Below, piece after piece: positions 19,112 to 28,882 of a stretch of DNA of 64,000 nt (positions are counted from its first letter, which is position 1; every line of letters begins with the position of its first letter). The stretch lies in assembly GCA_041740355.1 (NCBI GenBank), contig JBGSMD010000030.1, positions 96,001 to 160,000 on the forward strand, written 5' to 3'. Made by a program: the position numbers and the translations under genes. The notes below the pieces were generated by a model that made no database searches, had not been told where the DNA came from, and saw only the letters and a program-made list of their open reading frames with translations. The DNA comes from Bdellovibrionota bacterium (GTDB lineage: Bacteria; Bdellovibrionota_C; UBA2361; CALJRW01).

Positions 19112-21505
19112 ATGAATATAAAAATAAAACAAACTTTGCCTGTTATTTTCATGAGTATAATTATACTCGTATCTTGTTCACCTTTAGAGAAATCCTCTAA
19201 TCCGCAACATAAGGTAGATCAAAGTTTTGATCGCAGCATATTGCCAATCAAGGAACCAAAAGCACCAGTTTACACCGAACTTGATGCTCGAAATGCTACA
19301 CCACCAGCACGTTTTGAAGTTACTGCTCCTGATAAAGCACCAAACATTGTTGTTGTCTTGATAGATGATATTGGATTTGGACATTCCAGTGCATTTGGCG
19401 GTCCAATTAACATGCCAACACTTGATCGTTTAGCAGGTAACGGATTGAAATATAATCGCTTTCATACGACGGCTCTTTGTTCTCCAACACGCACAGCGCT
19501 ACTTACTGGTTATAATCATCATTCCAATAATGCCGGTGCAATTATGGAGGTAGCAACTGCTTTTCCTGGGAATACCGGCATTAGACCGCAATCAATTACT
19601 CCCGTTGCTAACGTTTTAAAAATGAACGGCTATAATACAGCTGCTTTTGGAAAGTATCATGAAACTCCACCTTGGGAGGGATCTGTTTCTGGTTCATATG
19701 ATCGCTGGCCAACAGGTTCTGGTTTTGAAAAATTTTATGGGTTTATTGGTGGTGAGACTAATCAGTTTCACCCAATGTTGTATGATGGGACTACTCGGGT
19801 TTATCCTGATGTTGAGAATAAGGATTATCATTTCACTAATGACATGACCGATCAGGCTCTTACTTGGATGAATACTCAGCAGTCTCTTACTCCGAATAAA
19901 CCTTTTTATATGTATTTTGCAACTGGTGCTACTCATGCTCCACACCATGCACCAAAGAGCTACATTGATAAGTATAAAGGAAAATTTGCTGGTGGATGGG
20001 ATCGTTTGCGAGAAGAAACCTTAGTTAGACAGAAAGCCTTAGGTGTTGTTCCGCAAGATACTGTTTTAGCAGCTAAGCCCGAGGCCATTAAAGACTGGGA
20101 CAATTTAACGGCTGATGAAAAAAGACTCTTTGAAAAACAAATGGAAGTCTTTGCTGGATTTGCTGAACATACTGATGCGCAAGTCGGACGACTAGTTGCT
20201 GCCTTAGAGGAACGAGGTGAGTTAGATAACACACTTTTTTTCTATCTAGTAGGAGACAATGGTTCTAGCGCTGAGGGAGGTATGATTGGCATGTATAATG
20301 AAAATACATATTTTAACAGTGTGACAGAAACATTAGATATGCAACTTAAAGTTATTGATGAACTAGGATCGGAGAAAGCCTATAATCACTTTGCAGCTGG
20401 ATGGGCAGTTGCTGGAAACACGCCATTTACTTGGACCAAACAAGTTGCCTCTAATTTTGGCGGAACTCGCAATGGTTTAGTTGTTCATTGGCCAGCTGGA
20501 ATCAAATCTAAGGGTGAAGTTCGTTCACAATTTCATCATGTGATTGATGTAGCTCCAACTATTTATGATGCTGTTGGCGTTCCGGCACCAGAGATGGTTA
20601 ATGGTGTGAAGCAAGCTCCGATTGAAGGAGTTACTATGGCTTATTCTTTTGATGAAGCTAGCGCCACAGATACTAGAAAGACTCAATATTTTGAGATGGT
20701 GGGTAACCGTGCAATTTATCATGATGGTTGGTTTGCAGGAACAATTCACAAGGCTCCTTGGGAAGCACAGCCAAGAGGTCCTTTGCTTGATGATGTTTGG
20801 CAACTATACGACGTAAATGCTGATTTTAGTTTGTCAAATGATTTAGCGAAGGAGAATCCAACGATGCTCAAAAAACTTCAAGCTAAATTCATGGATGAAG
20901 CAGAGAAATATCATGTCTTGCCGATTGACGATCGTTCAATTGAGCGATTTGATCCAACAATTGCTGGGCGTCCTGACTTAATGAATGGTCGTACCAAATT
21001 AGTTCTTTACCCAGGTGCTAAAGGTATTCCTGAGAATGCCTTCATCAACATTAAAAATAGGTCTCTATCACTTACGGCAGAAGTAGATGTTAAAGATTCA
21101 GCTTCTGGTGTTCTAATATGCCAAGGTGGAGATTTCGGTGGATGGTCGTTGTATATGAAAAATGGCCGACCTCATTATACATATAACTGGGTTGGCTTAG
21201 AGTCTTACACAATTGCAGCTGATCGAGCAGTTCCATCAGGCAAACATACAGTCAAATTCGATTTTGACTATGATGGTGGTGGTCGTGGGGCAGGTGGTCT
21301 GGGAACTATTTACATTGATGGTGTTAAAGCCGGAGCTGGAAGAATTGCTAAGACAAATGCTAATACTTTTGGAATTGATGAGTCAGCAGATGTTGGAGTT
21401 GATGAAAACACATCCGTTGTACCGGCCTATGGATTTAGAGAGAAAAATAAATTCACAGGAGAGATTGCTAAAGTTACAGTGGAAACATTCCCTGCTAAAC
21501 CATAG
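19112..21505 (+). CDS. Arylsulfatase (Cys-type, lipoprotein)
   Basis: Lipobox LVSC; PNIVVVLIDDIG, CSPTRTALLTG, GKYH, HAPHH, GDNG motifs; C-terminal LamG-like domain. Confidence 0.95.
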   Translation: MNIKIKQTLPVIFMSIIILVSCSPLEKSSNPQHKVDQSFDRSILPIKEPKAPVYTELDARNATPPARFEVTAPDKAPNIVVVLIDDIGFGHSSAFGGPINMPTLDRLAGNGLKYNRFHTTALCSPTRTALLTGYNHHSNNAGAIMEVATAFPGNTGIRPQSITPVANVLKMNGYNTAAFGKYHETPPWEGSVSGSYDRWPTGSGFEKFYGFIGGETNQFHPMLYDGTTRVYPDVENKDYHFTNDMTDQALTWMNTQQSLTPNKPFYMYFATGATHAPHHAPKSYIDKYKGKFAGGWDRLREETLVRQKALGVVPQDTVLAAKPEAIKDWDNLTADEKRLFEKQMEVFAGFAEHTDAQVGRLVAALEERGELDNTLFFYLVGDNGSSAEGGMIGMYNENTYFNSVTETLDMQLKVIDELGSEKAYNHFAAGWAVAGNTPFTWTKQVASNFGGTRNGLVVHWPAGIKSKGEVRSQFHHVIDVAPTIYDAVGVPAPEMVNGVKQAPIEGVTMAYSFDEASATDTRKTQYFEMVGNRAIYHDGWFAGTIHKAPWEAQPRGPLLDDVWQLYDVNADFSLSNDLAKENPTMLKKLQAKFMDEAEKYHVLPIDDRSIERFDPTIAGRPDLMNGRTKLVLYPGAKGIPENAFINIKNRSLSLTAEVDVKDSASGVLICQGGDFGGWSLYMKNGRPHYTYNWVGLESYTIAADRAVPSGKHTVKFDFDYDGGGRGAGGLGTIYIDGVKAGAGRIAKTNANTFGIDESADVGVDENTSVVPAYGFREKNKFTGEIAKVTVETFPAKP

Positions 21506-21532
21506 TTAAGGTCACTTAATTATAAGTAAGAT

Positions 21533-21569
21533 TTGCGGTACTCAAGACTCCTTGTCTTGAGTACCGCAA
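21533..21569. terminator. Probable bidirectional terminator hairpin (16-bp stem)
   Basis: TTGCGGTACTCAAGAC-TCCTT-GTCTTGAGTACCGCAA between convergent genes. Confidence 0.7.
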
Positions 21570-21630
21570 TCTAAAAATCTTGTTTCCTAAATTTATTCTA
21601 CTTAGAAGCTAATACTTCAAGTCAAAATAA

Positions 21631-22005
21631 TTATTTTTCAAACCAAACTTTATTTTGAGACTCTGGGTCACCATTATAATTTACTAGGATTTCCTCACCT
21701 TTTTTGATTGCTTTAATTGCTTTGAAAGTAATTGTCTTGGAAGTATAGTTTGTTTTATAACGAGCATTAGGTTGATAGGAGTGGTTATAAATTGAGCCGT
21801 AACCTAGTGCAATTGCACTCCCCTGATCCTTCCAAGAGAAATAATAGTTATATAATTCAGTACCATCAATTTGCTTAGTGTCATTCTGGTTTAGTATGAT
21901 AACGGGGCAGACTTCAATAACTTCTCCAATCTCAATTTTCTCTAAGGCAAAAACTCCTTTCTTGTGAAGCTTACTTTTTTTGATGGTGATTTTCATTCCT
22001 ACCAT
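21631..22005 (-). CDS. SET domain protein (lysine methyltransferase-like); start possibly 21996
   Basis: GVFA..I..GEVI, NHSYQPNA and GEEILVNY motifs. Confidence 0.9.
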   Translation of the reverse strand: MVGMKITIKKSKLHKKGVFALEKIEIGEVIEVCPVIILNQNDTKQIDGTELYNYYFSWKDQGSAIALGYGSIYNHSYQPNARYKTNYTSKTITFKAIKAIKKGEEILVNYNGDPESQNKVWFEK

Positions 22006-22055
22006 GATACTCGATTTATTTTTGTATTACTTATACATTATTTTGAAATAATTTT

Positions 22056-23162
22056 TTACTCTTTAATGATTAAATAGCGTTCCGAAAATTCATTATTAGC
22101 AACAGCGTTAATCCAAGTATTTCCCCCGTATGACTTAATAATTGCTTTTTTAAATTCCTCTGATCCTGCAACTCCTTCGGCTCTAATGCTTGTGAATACG
22201 TCTTCCACAGTAGTTAAGTTTTTACTTAACATCATTTCCTTTATTGCCTGGGCAGTAAGAGCTTTGGATAATAGATAATTAGGGTTGCTAGAGGTAAGAA
22301 TTCTACTTGCTTCAGCTATTAGGAGTTCGCCATCGCAGACATGGTAAGAACAATAATCAGAGAAAGCTTCTGATAAATGAAGGACTGATAATTTATCGGT
22401 AATTTTACCTGTCCATAATGCAACCGGAACTTTTTGTCTGAAAAAAGCATTTGCTAATTCATTGACAATTGTTTGAGTTTTCATGGCTTCGAATAAAACC
22501 GGGTCGTTTTTTGCACGAAGCTTGATTGCCTCTTCAAAGATTAAGATTTTTTCCACTTTGCCGGTTTCCGCTGTGATGGTTTGCCCAAAAAATAAGGCAT
22601 CATTTTTTAAAGGCCAGAACTTAGTTTTTCTTACATCGGGAGTAAGAGCCTTTTCTACCATCAAAACAGGAACAGCATCTAAATCCTTGAGTCCTAGTTT
22701 GCTAAAAAGCTGAGTTTGCCGATCGACATTGGCGGAGGTTCCGGAAAAGAATCGAGTATTTATAGCAAACTCATCATCTTTGACTCTAATCAAGACATGC
22801 AACAATCCCAAGCTATGCTTAGCTAAAACTTGGTTTACTTGATATAAGTATTCAGAGATAGCAGTTTGGTTTTGGCCAGCTGGTAGTTTCGGGCAAGCAA
22901 ATGCCTGAAGCTCAGGTTGAATTTCAGTTAAACAACGAATGTATTCCTTCTCGGCAAGCTCAAAAGAATAACCCCGCTTATTTTTAAATACTTCTGATTG
23001 TCTTTCATAGAAATCTAATATTTTTGTCTGTAAAGCTACTTCTTTAGCTTTTAAATCCAATACATTTTTAGTTTTAATTTGTTCTTCAGCCCTAATCTTT
23101 GGCAGGCTAGCTCCAATTGTGGCCAGAGACAGATTAGTTAAAAAGTTACGGCGCGATATCAT
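22056..23162 (-). CDS. Tat-exported hypothetical protein
   Basis: SRRNFL twin-arginine signal; NELAN...EAFSD pattern resembling a degenerate gluzincin. Confidence 0.7.
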   Translation of the reverse strand: MISRRNFLTNLSLATIGASLPKIRAEEQIKTKNVLDLKAKEVALQTKILDFYERQSEVFKNKRGYSFELAEKEYIRCLTEIQPELQAFACPKLPAGQNQTAISEYLYQVNQVLAKHSLGLLHVLIRVKDDEFAINTRFFSGTSANVDRQTQLFSKLGLKDLDAVPVLMVEKALTPDVRKTKFWPLKNDALFFGQTITAETGKVEKILIFEEAIKLRAKNDPVLFEAMKTQTIVNELANAFFRQKVPVALWTGKITDKLSVLHLSEAFSDYCSYHVCDGELLIAEASRILTSSNPNYLLSKALTAQAIKEMMLSKNLTTVEDVFTSIRAEGVAGSEEFKKAIIKSYGGNTWINAVANNEFSERYLIIKE

Positions 23163-23307
23163 TATAAAATTTATTAATATAATCCAATTCAGGGAGAATT
23201 ATTTTAACAGATTAAAGTCCTTAATCAATTATTCTTTAGATGGAAGAATTAAACATCCGGATCTCGTTTCAATAGACTTTCTCAACTCCAAGTAGTAAAA
23301 CTAAGGC

Positions 23308-24672
23308 ATGACCCATTCTATCTTCTATGACTTAGAAACCAGCGATTTAAATTTCATCGGGCAAATCCTGAACTTTAGTTTTATTGTAGTTGATGCTGAA
23401 TGGAAGGTGATTGATGAGTTTAGTTCTGAAATAAAGATTACTCGATTACAGCTTCCAAGAGCGAGGGCAATTGCCGCTAATCGGATTAATGTTATCGAAC
23501 ACCAAAAAAAAGCTAAATATACCGAAGCCAGTGCCATGGCTAGAATAGCAGAGTTCCTGCAAGATTTTGTTGTGAATTGTGGTTCAAGTTCCGGGCAATT
23601 AATTGGATTTAATTCAGCTAATTTTGATTTGCCTTATTTACGAACGAGTTTAATTAGAAATGGACATAGTCCATATTTCAAAGTTCATAATCGTGATTTG
23701 TTTATCCTTGCTCAAAAACTTTGGATTACGAATGAAGATTTTCGTAAGAAAATTTTAACATATGCCGAAGCCAATTCTTTAACTGCAAATTTAAAATTAG
23801 AGACTCTTTGCAAAGCGCATAATTTACTAGAAGGTAAACAGTTGCATGAAAGTAGAGACGATGTTTTGCTAACAATTGAATTGGCTAAGAATTTACTTAA
23901 TCTTTATGGAGCAGATGTTCGAAGTTTTGAGCCTTATGAAGGACGAACGTTACATCGCAAACCTCGTGGTTCTGTTTATCAAGTAAAAACAGGGATTCAT
24001 AAGTTAGAACCTGTTGTTAGCCACTACACTCTACTCCAAGCTGAGAATAAGAGTGCCTTATGGGTTGATTTAGATCACCTAAAGAAATGTATGGAAGGAG
24101 GGAAAGAATTAAAGTCAGCCGTTAGGTGGATTAAATTTGAAGCTAAGATTTTTATTACTGATGGAGTTGAAGTTTTAGATCCGGAGTACGTTGCACTAGC
24201 AAATCAGGCACAGGAAGAATTTAAAGATTTACAAATTGATAATTTTTTTGAAAAAACTACCTGTGACATAGAACAATTTATTTACCGAATTCCATTTGAT
24301 AGCTTCAGGTTATTGGCTAAATATATGCAAGATCCCAAAGGTTCAGGGCAGTTAAGTAATGACGAAAAAGATTTGGTGAAGCGTTATCGCTTAGCTAATT
24401 ATGAATTAGGCTCTGGGGATGATGCTAAGATTTATTCAGCTCTAAAGGAATATGCTGAATATCGCTATGGTGGACAAGCACAGCTAGCTAATACCATTAA
24501 TACTGATTTACAAGGCAAAGAAAATCCGAAAGATTTTCACCCAACAATAATTGATCTAATTGCCGAAATAGATCAAGTCGCGAATGAAGATCCTGATAGT
24601 GCCAGTTTAATGCAAAGCCTTGGTGAGTTTTATCGAAAGTCAGAAATTTATAACCTACTAAAAGCAGATTAA
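23308..24672 (+). CDS. DEDDh 3'-5' exonuclease, exonuclease I (SbcB)-like
   Basis: FYDLETS (ExoI), GFNSANFD (ExoII), LKLETL and HESRDDV (ExoIII) motifs. Confidence 0.8.
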   Translation: MTHSIFYDLETSDLNFIGQILNFSFIVVDAEWKVIDEFSSEIKITRLQLPRARAIAANRINVIEHQKKAKYTEASAMARIAEFLQDFVVNCGSSSGQLIGFNSANFDLPYLRTSLIRNGHSPYFKVHNRDLFILAQKLWITNEDFRKKILTYAEANSLTANLKLETLCKAHNLLEGKQLHESRDDVLLTIELAKNLLNLYGADVRSFEPYEGRTLHRKPRGSVYQVKTGIHKLEPVVSHYTLLQAENKSALWVDLDHLKKCMEGGKELKSAVRWIKFEAKIFITDGVEVLDPEYVALANQAQEEFKDLQIDNFFEKTTCDIEQFIYRIPFDSFRLLAKYMQDPKGSGQLSNDEKDLVKRYRLANYELGSGDDAKIYSALKEYAEYRYGGQAQLANTINTDLQGKENPKDFHPTIIDLIAEIDQVANEDPDSASLMQSLGEFYRKSEIYNLLKAD

Positions 24673-24717
24673 GATTAGTCTGATCTTAATCCAGTTATGG
24701 TAAACAAATGCTAGCAA

Positions 24718-24777
24718 TCCGCCTTTGCCAAGGCTTCCACCTTCGCTGAAGCTTCGGCAGACAAGTCGGCGCGATAG
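24718..24777 (+). repeat. Nested pair of 30-nt REP-like units
   Basis: TCCGCCTTTGCCAAGGCT[TCCACCTTCGCTGAAGCTTCGGCAGACAAG]TCGGCGCGATAG. Confidence 0.85.
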
Positions 24778-24812
24778 TTTTCTTTGGTTTTTTAAAAAAC
24801 CAAAGAAAACTA
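24775..24812. repeat. Perfect 38-bp palindrome with no loop, between convergent genes
   Basis: TAGTTTTCTTTGGTTTTTT|AAAAAACCAAAGAAAACTA. Confidence 0.85.
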
Positions 24813-26807
24813 AATTAATAGGTACTTATCGAGTGCTTGAATCTTTTCAATATTTCCAAAAATATAAATAATATCATCTGGTAGAATTTTTTCTTCAGCA
24901 GTAATTTGAGTAATAAACTGATCTCCACGTTTAATTGCTAGGATGTTAATTTCAAACTCTTGGCGAATATTACTTTCGGCAAGTGATTTACCAACGATTC
25001 GATTCTTTCCTTGTTGAACTGTGAGAGTCGAGATTTCCATGTTAGGTAGGTGGAGCACAGGAGAAATTTGATTTGCAGGCAAACGAAATAGTTCATAATT
25101 CTGAGATCTGATTTGTTGCGTGAATAATTGGATCTCATCATTTGGTATCAAATATTTACGAAGGACACGATTAAAGATTTCAATTGAGGTCTCAAATTCT
25201 TCAGGGATAATTTCATCAGCACCCAATTTAATAGATTCTGGGATTTCTTTAATAAAACGTGTGCGCACAATTAAGTAAGCATTGTGAGTAAGGGATCTAA
25301 CTTTAGTAATAATTAATTTAGTTGCTAAGGGGTCAGAAATTGCAATTACTACTACGCGTGCTTCAGGTACGTGTAAGTGTTGTAAGATAGTTTCATGCGT
25401 TGCATCTCCAAAAAATATTGGCTCGCCAGATTTTTTTGCTTCTTCAATGGAATCGGGATTAAGTTCTACAATTACATAGGAAATACCTGCTTGCTTAGCA
25501 GCCTTGGCTAAATTTTGACCATTTATTCCATAGCCAATAATTACTAAGTGATCTTTTAGTTTTTGACCATCTTGATCCGTTACTTCAGGGAATTTTCGGC
25601 TATTATTAATCACCTTTAATCTTTCTCTCACTCTTATTGGCAGAGGGCGTTTTAATAACCAGTTTGAAATTCTACTTGCTGAACCGATCACAAAAGGAGT
25701 GATCCCCATCGTTAGAATAGAAATTGCTAAGAAGTATTGGTAGACCTCGGGAGTTAATACTTTGTAATGCATACCAGTAGCGGAGAGTATAAAAGCAAAC
25801 TCTCCTACTTGAAACAGCATTAAGGTAGACATGATCACGGTTCTGGCCGCGTAACGTAAGATAGCCACAGTTGCGGCGATTACTAAACTTTTAACAACTA
25901 CAACGCCTAGGGTGAAAACTAAGATTGCCGGAAAATTTTTAATTACAAATGATAAATCAAGGAGCATTCCGATGGAAACAAAGAAAAAACTAACAAAGAT
26001 CTCCCTAAATGGTAAGACAATTGCAGCTGCCTGATGATGGTAATCCGATTCAGAAATTACTAAGCCTGCAAAAAACGCACCAAGTGCCAGGGATAATCCA
26101 ACCGAGGAAGTAAGCCACGCTGTGGCAAAGCAAAGAACTAGAATGGTCATCATGAATAATTCGTTACTTCTAGTTTTAACTACTTGAGTTAATAAATAAG
26201 GAACTACAAAACGAGCAAGGACAATAATTATTCCAAGAACACTGGCAAATTTAACAACCATCAAGAAGAGCGTCATGGGAATATTCTCTGCTTGTCCGGC
26301 AAGAATCGGAGTAAGTAACATCATCGGGACAACAATAATATCTTGGAAGATCAAGATACCAACTGAGATTCGTCCATGAGGGGAGGTAATCTCACCATTA
26401 CTATGTAAGATTTTTAAGACAATTGCTGTACTACTTAGGGATAGTAGAAACCCCATAAAGATTGCTTGATTTAAGGCGAGACCAAGGATGTAACTGACCA
26501 GTGCGGTTACTAAGATTGTTCCACCCACTTGCAGTAATCCACCACCGATGACAGTTTTACGAATTGCAACTAAACTTTTTAAGGAAAATTCAATCCCGAT
26601 AACGAAGAGAAGGAAAATAACCCCAATCTCAGCTAGTAATTCTACTTCATGTGTAGCATGAATAAACCCTAATGCTGATGGACCGATCAGTGCGCCAGTT
26701 ATTAAGAAGCCTAAAATTGCTGGGAGCTTTAATTTCTGAAAAATTAGAATCGTAAAAACCGAACAGGCAAGAATGATAACGATCTCGGAGAGTAAAGGAA
26801 TATTCAT
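24810..26807 (-). CDS. CPA2 monovalent cation:proton antiporter with TrkA-N and TrkA-C (RCK) domains
   Basis: LAEIGVIFLLFVIGIEFS, SLSSTAIV, FQDI, LGAFFAG, QVGEFAF, IIGYGING and GDAT motifs. Confidence 0.92.
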   Translation of the reverse strand: MNIPLLSEIVIILACSVFTILIFQKLKLPAILGFLITGALIGPSALGFIHATHEVELLAEIGVIFLLFVIGIEFSLKSLVAIRKTVIGGGLLQVGGTILVTALVSYILGLALNQAIFMGFLLSLSSTAIVLKILHSNGEITSPHGRISVGILIFQDIIVVPMMLLTPILAGQAENIPMTLFLMVVKFASVLGIIIVLARFVVPYLLTQVVKTRSNELFMMTILVLCFATAWLTSSVGLSLALGAFFAGLVISESDYHHQAAAIVLPFREIFVSFFFVSIGMLLDLSFVIKNFPAILVFTLGVVVVKSLVIAATVAILRYAARTVIMSTLMLFQVGEFAFILSATGMHYKVLTPEVYQYFLAISILTMGITPFVIGSASRISNWLLKRPLPIRVRERLKVINNSRKFPEVTDQDGQKLKDHLVIIGYGINGQNLAKAAKQAGISYVIVELNPDSIEEAKKSGEPIFFGDATHETILQHLHVPEARVVVIAISDPLATKLIITKVRSLTHNAYLIVRTRFIKEIPESIKLGADEIIPEEFETSIEIFNRVLRKYLIPNDEIQLFTQQIRSQNYELFRLPANQISPVLHLPNMEISTLTVQQGKNRIVGKSLAESNIRQEFEINILAIKRGDQFITQITAEEKILPDDIIYIFGNIEKIQALDKYLLI

Positions 26808-26834
26808 AATGTAATAATGCCTTGCCGTATAGAA

Positions 26835-26953
26835 ATAGTGAGTCCAATAAGTAGTTTCCGCAGGGAATTACTTTTTGAGGTTTACTTTAGTTATGACAAA
26901 AAATCACAAAACTAACTTTCCAATATTCGGAAGTTACTTTTGTCATAACTATA
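26835..26953. repeat. Two abutting (TA)TAG...CTA(TA) miniature inverted-repeat elements
   Basis: ATAGTGAGTCCAATAAGTAGTTTCC..GGAATTACTTTTTG and TAGTTATGACAAAA..TTTTGTCATAACTA. Confidence 0.75.
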
Positions 26954-27169
26954 AACCTGAGTTTTGGATAAGCTTTCTGTTACAAAAGTTGAACTAGTTG
27001 GAATTGCTGTGAAAAATCACAAATTGGTACTCGCTGTGGCGTGCCTTACACACCTCCGTTCCAATTTATGATTTTACTTCGCACTTCACAATTATTAAAA
27101 ATCTTCAATTTTTAATAATTTCAACTACTTCACCTTTCTCACAACGAATTCTTATCCAAAACTCAGGTT
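26954..27169. mobile_element. 216-bp MITE-like element with perfect 19-bp terminal inverted repeats
   Basis: AACCTGAGTTTTGGATAAG ... CTTATCCAAAACTCAGGTT, imperfect inner extension, internal hairpins, ATA on both flanks, no ORF. Confidence 0.75.
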
Positions 27170-27234
27170 ATAACTTGATGGAAGCAAGTATAACGAATAT
27201 CAGCTTGATTGCCCAGACTGTAAGCAGATCCTGG

Positions 27235-28842
27235 TTAGGAGCTACATGATAGTGAGGCACACCCTGGTTTTGTCCTTGCCCATTCAGGGCGTCGGGCAAA
27301 GAATTTCTTGGTAAATTCATTTTCTTGATACGGTGTTTTAAGGGCCTCCATGATGGAATCAAGCTCTGCGCGATCGCCGACTGCTAATTTCTCTAATGCT
27401 TCTTGAACAATGTAATTTCGTAGAATAAAATAGGGGTTATTATTATTCATTAATTCTATTTTTTTGGATGTTGCTAAGGGATTTTTTGCCTGTATCGCTA
27501 AATAAGACTTAGTCCAATCAACTAATGGCTTAGAAACTTCGGAGAGTAATTCTTGTTGATAAAAAGCAGGTTGAAGTAGGGCTAGGATTTCTTCGTTAGA
27601 AAGTTGAGCATCTTCAGACTTTTCCAAGATTTTGGCTAGTTGTCGATAAAAAATTGTGGGATCAGTTTCCGTTGCTCGAAGGGCAGAATCAAGTTCTGTA
27701 ATTAACACTGTACTATGCTCGGCATTTAAATCATCAAATCCAAGCTTGGCAGACATTGATTTAAGGATCTCTTTTTCAAAAGTTTGCTTGTAAATATCTA
27801 ATCCGGCAATTAGTTCAACTTCTGATTCAATTAGTGGTTCTAGTGCTTCAGCAAGTTTAGTTAAATTCCAAAAGGCTATGTTGGCTTGATTACCAAAGCG
27901 GTAACGGCGAAATTCATTATCGGTGGTGTTGGGAGTCCAGTCCGGATCGTAAACATCTAGCCAACCATAGGGCCCATAATCAATAGTCATTCCCAGAATT
28001 GAAAGATTGTCAGTGTTCATTACCCCATGAACGAATCCAACTCGTAACCACTCTGCCATTAATTTGGCTGTTCGTTCACAGACTAAGGTAAACCAATTGA
28101 GATATTTGTCTGTGGTCAGATTATGAAATTCTGGGTAGTGGTATTCTATTGTATAATCAACTAAACCTTTTAGTAGTTTAAATTCACCTGAAGCTGAAAG
28201 TATTTCATAATGTCCAAATCGTAAAAAACTAGGTGCAATTCTGGTAGTAATTGCTCCAGGTTCTAATTCTGGGTGACCATCATAAAATAAATCTCGCATT
28301 ACTTTTTCCCCTGTTAAGGTGCAACAGAGCGCGCGAGTTGTCGGAACATTTAAGTAAAACATTGCTTCGCTACAAAGAAATTCACGAAGGGAAGACCGAA
28401 GCACTGCACGGCCGTCAGCTCTTCGGGAATATGGGGTTGGCCCGGCACCTTTTAATTGAATTTCCAGTCTTTGATTTTTAGAATTAATTACTTCACCCAA
28501 GGAAATTGCACGACCATCACCCAATTGTCCTGCCCAGTATCCAAATTGATGTCCCCCATAGCGCGTGGAGTAAGGAAGCATTCCGGTAAGCATTTTATTA
28601 CCGGCAAATACTTCTGCCTCCAATCCAATTGGATTAGAAGGAGAATCTAAGTCAAGTAATCTTCCAGTTGATTTCGACCAAATTAATATTTCTGGTTTAC
28701 AGACTGCGGTTGGTGCATTCTGGCAGAAAAGGATTTCTGGAGTAGCTCGAGAAGTAGAATCGTTTGTTAGTTCTCCGGGGAAGTTAGAAATAAAGCTATT
28801 ATCAAAGCTAAGCTTTTCAAGGTTCGACTTACTCATAAACAT
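27235..28842 (-). CDS. selO: Protein adenylyltransferase SelO (YdiU)
   Basis: YGGHQFG..AGQLGDGRA, QLKGAGPTPYSR, GFVHGVMNTDN, IDYGPY and C-terminal SCSS motifs. Confidence 0.96.
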   Translation of the reverse strand: MFMSKSNLEKLSFDNSFISNFPGELTNDSTSRATPEILFCQNAPTAVCKPEILIWSKSTGRLLDLDSPSNPIGLEAEVFAGNKMLTGMLPYSTRYGGHQFGYWAGQLGDGRAISLGEVINSKNQRLEIQLKGAGPTPYSRRADGRAVLRSSLREFLCSEAMFYLNVPTTRALCCTLTGEKVMRDLFYDGHPELEPGAITTRIAPSFLRFGHYEILSASGEFKLLKGLVDYTIEYHYPEFHNLTTDKYLNWFTLVCERTAKLMAEWLRVGFVHGVMNTDNLSILGMTIDYGPYGWLDVYDPDWTPNTTDNEFRRYRFGNQANIAFWNLTKLAEALEPLIESEVELIAGLDIYKQTFEKEILKSMSAKLGFDDLNAEHSTVLITELDSALRATETDPTIFYRQLAKILEKSEDAQLSNEEILALLQPAFYQQELLSEVSKPLVDWTKSYLAIQAKNPLATSKKIELMNNNNPYFILRNYIVQEALEKLAVGDRAELDSIMEALKTPYQENEFTKKFFARRPEWARTKPGCASLSCSS

Positions 28843-28882
28843 ATAGTATACTACGTCGCTCTAATTTACTATTAAACATAAA

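Noticed and set aside
12623-21505. Integrative genomic island at tRNA-Arg
   Set aside because: Content looks accessory, but I found no integrase and no duplicated tRNA 3' end in the window
27235-27270. Selenocysteine in the SelO C-terminus (and in GPx at 49753-50301)
   Set aside because: The relevant codons are TGT (Cys); there is no in-frame TGA
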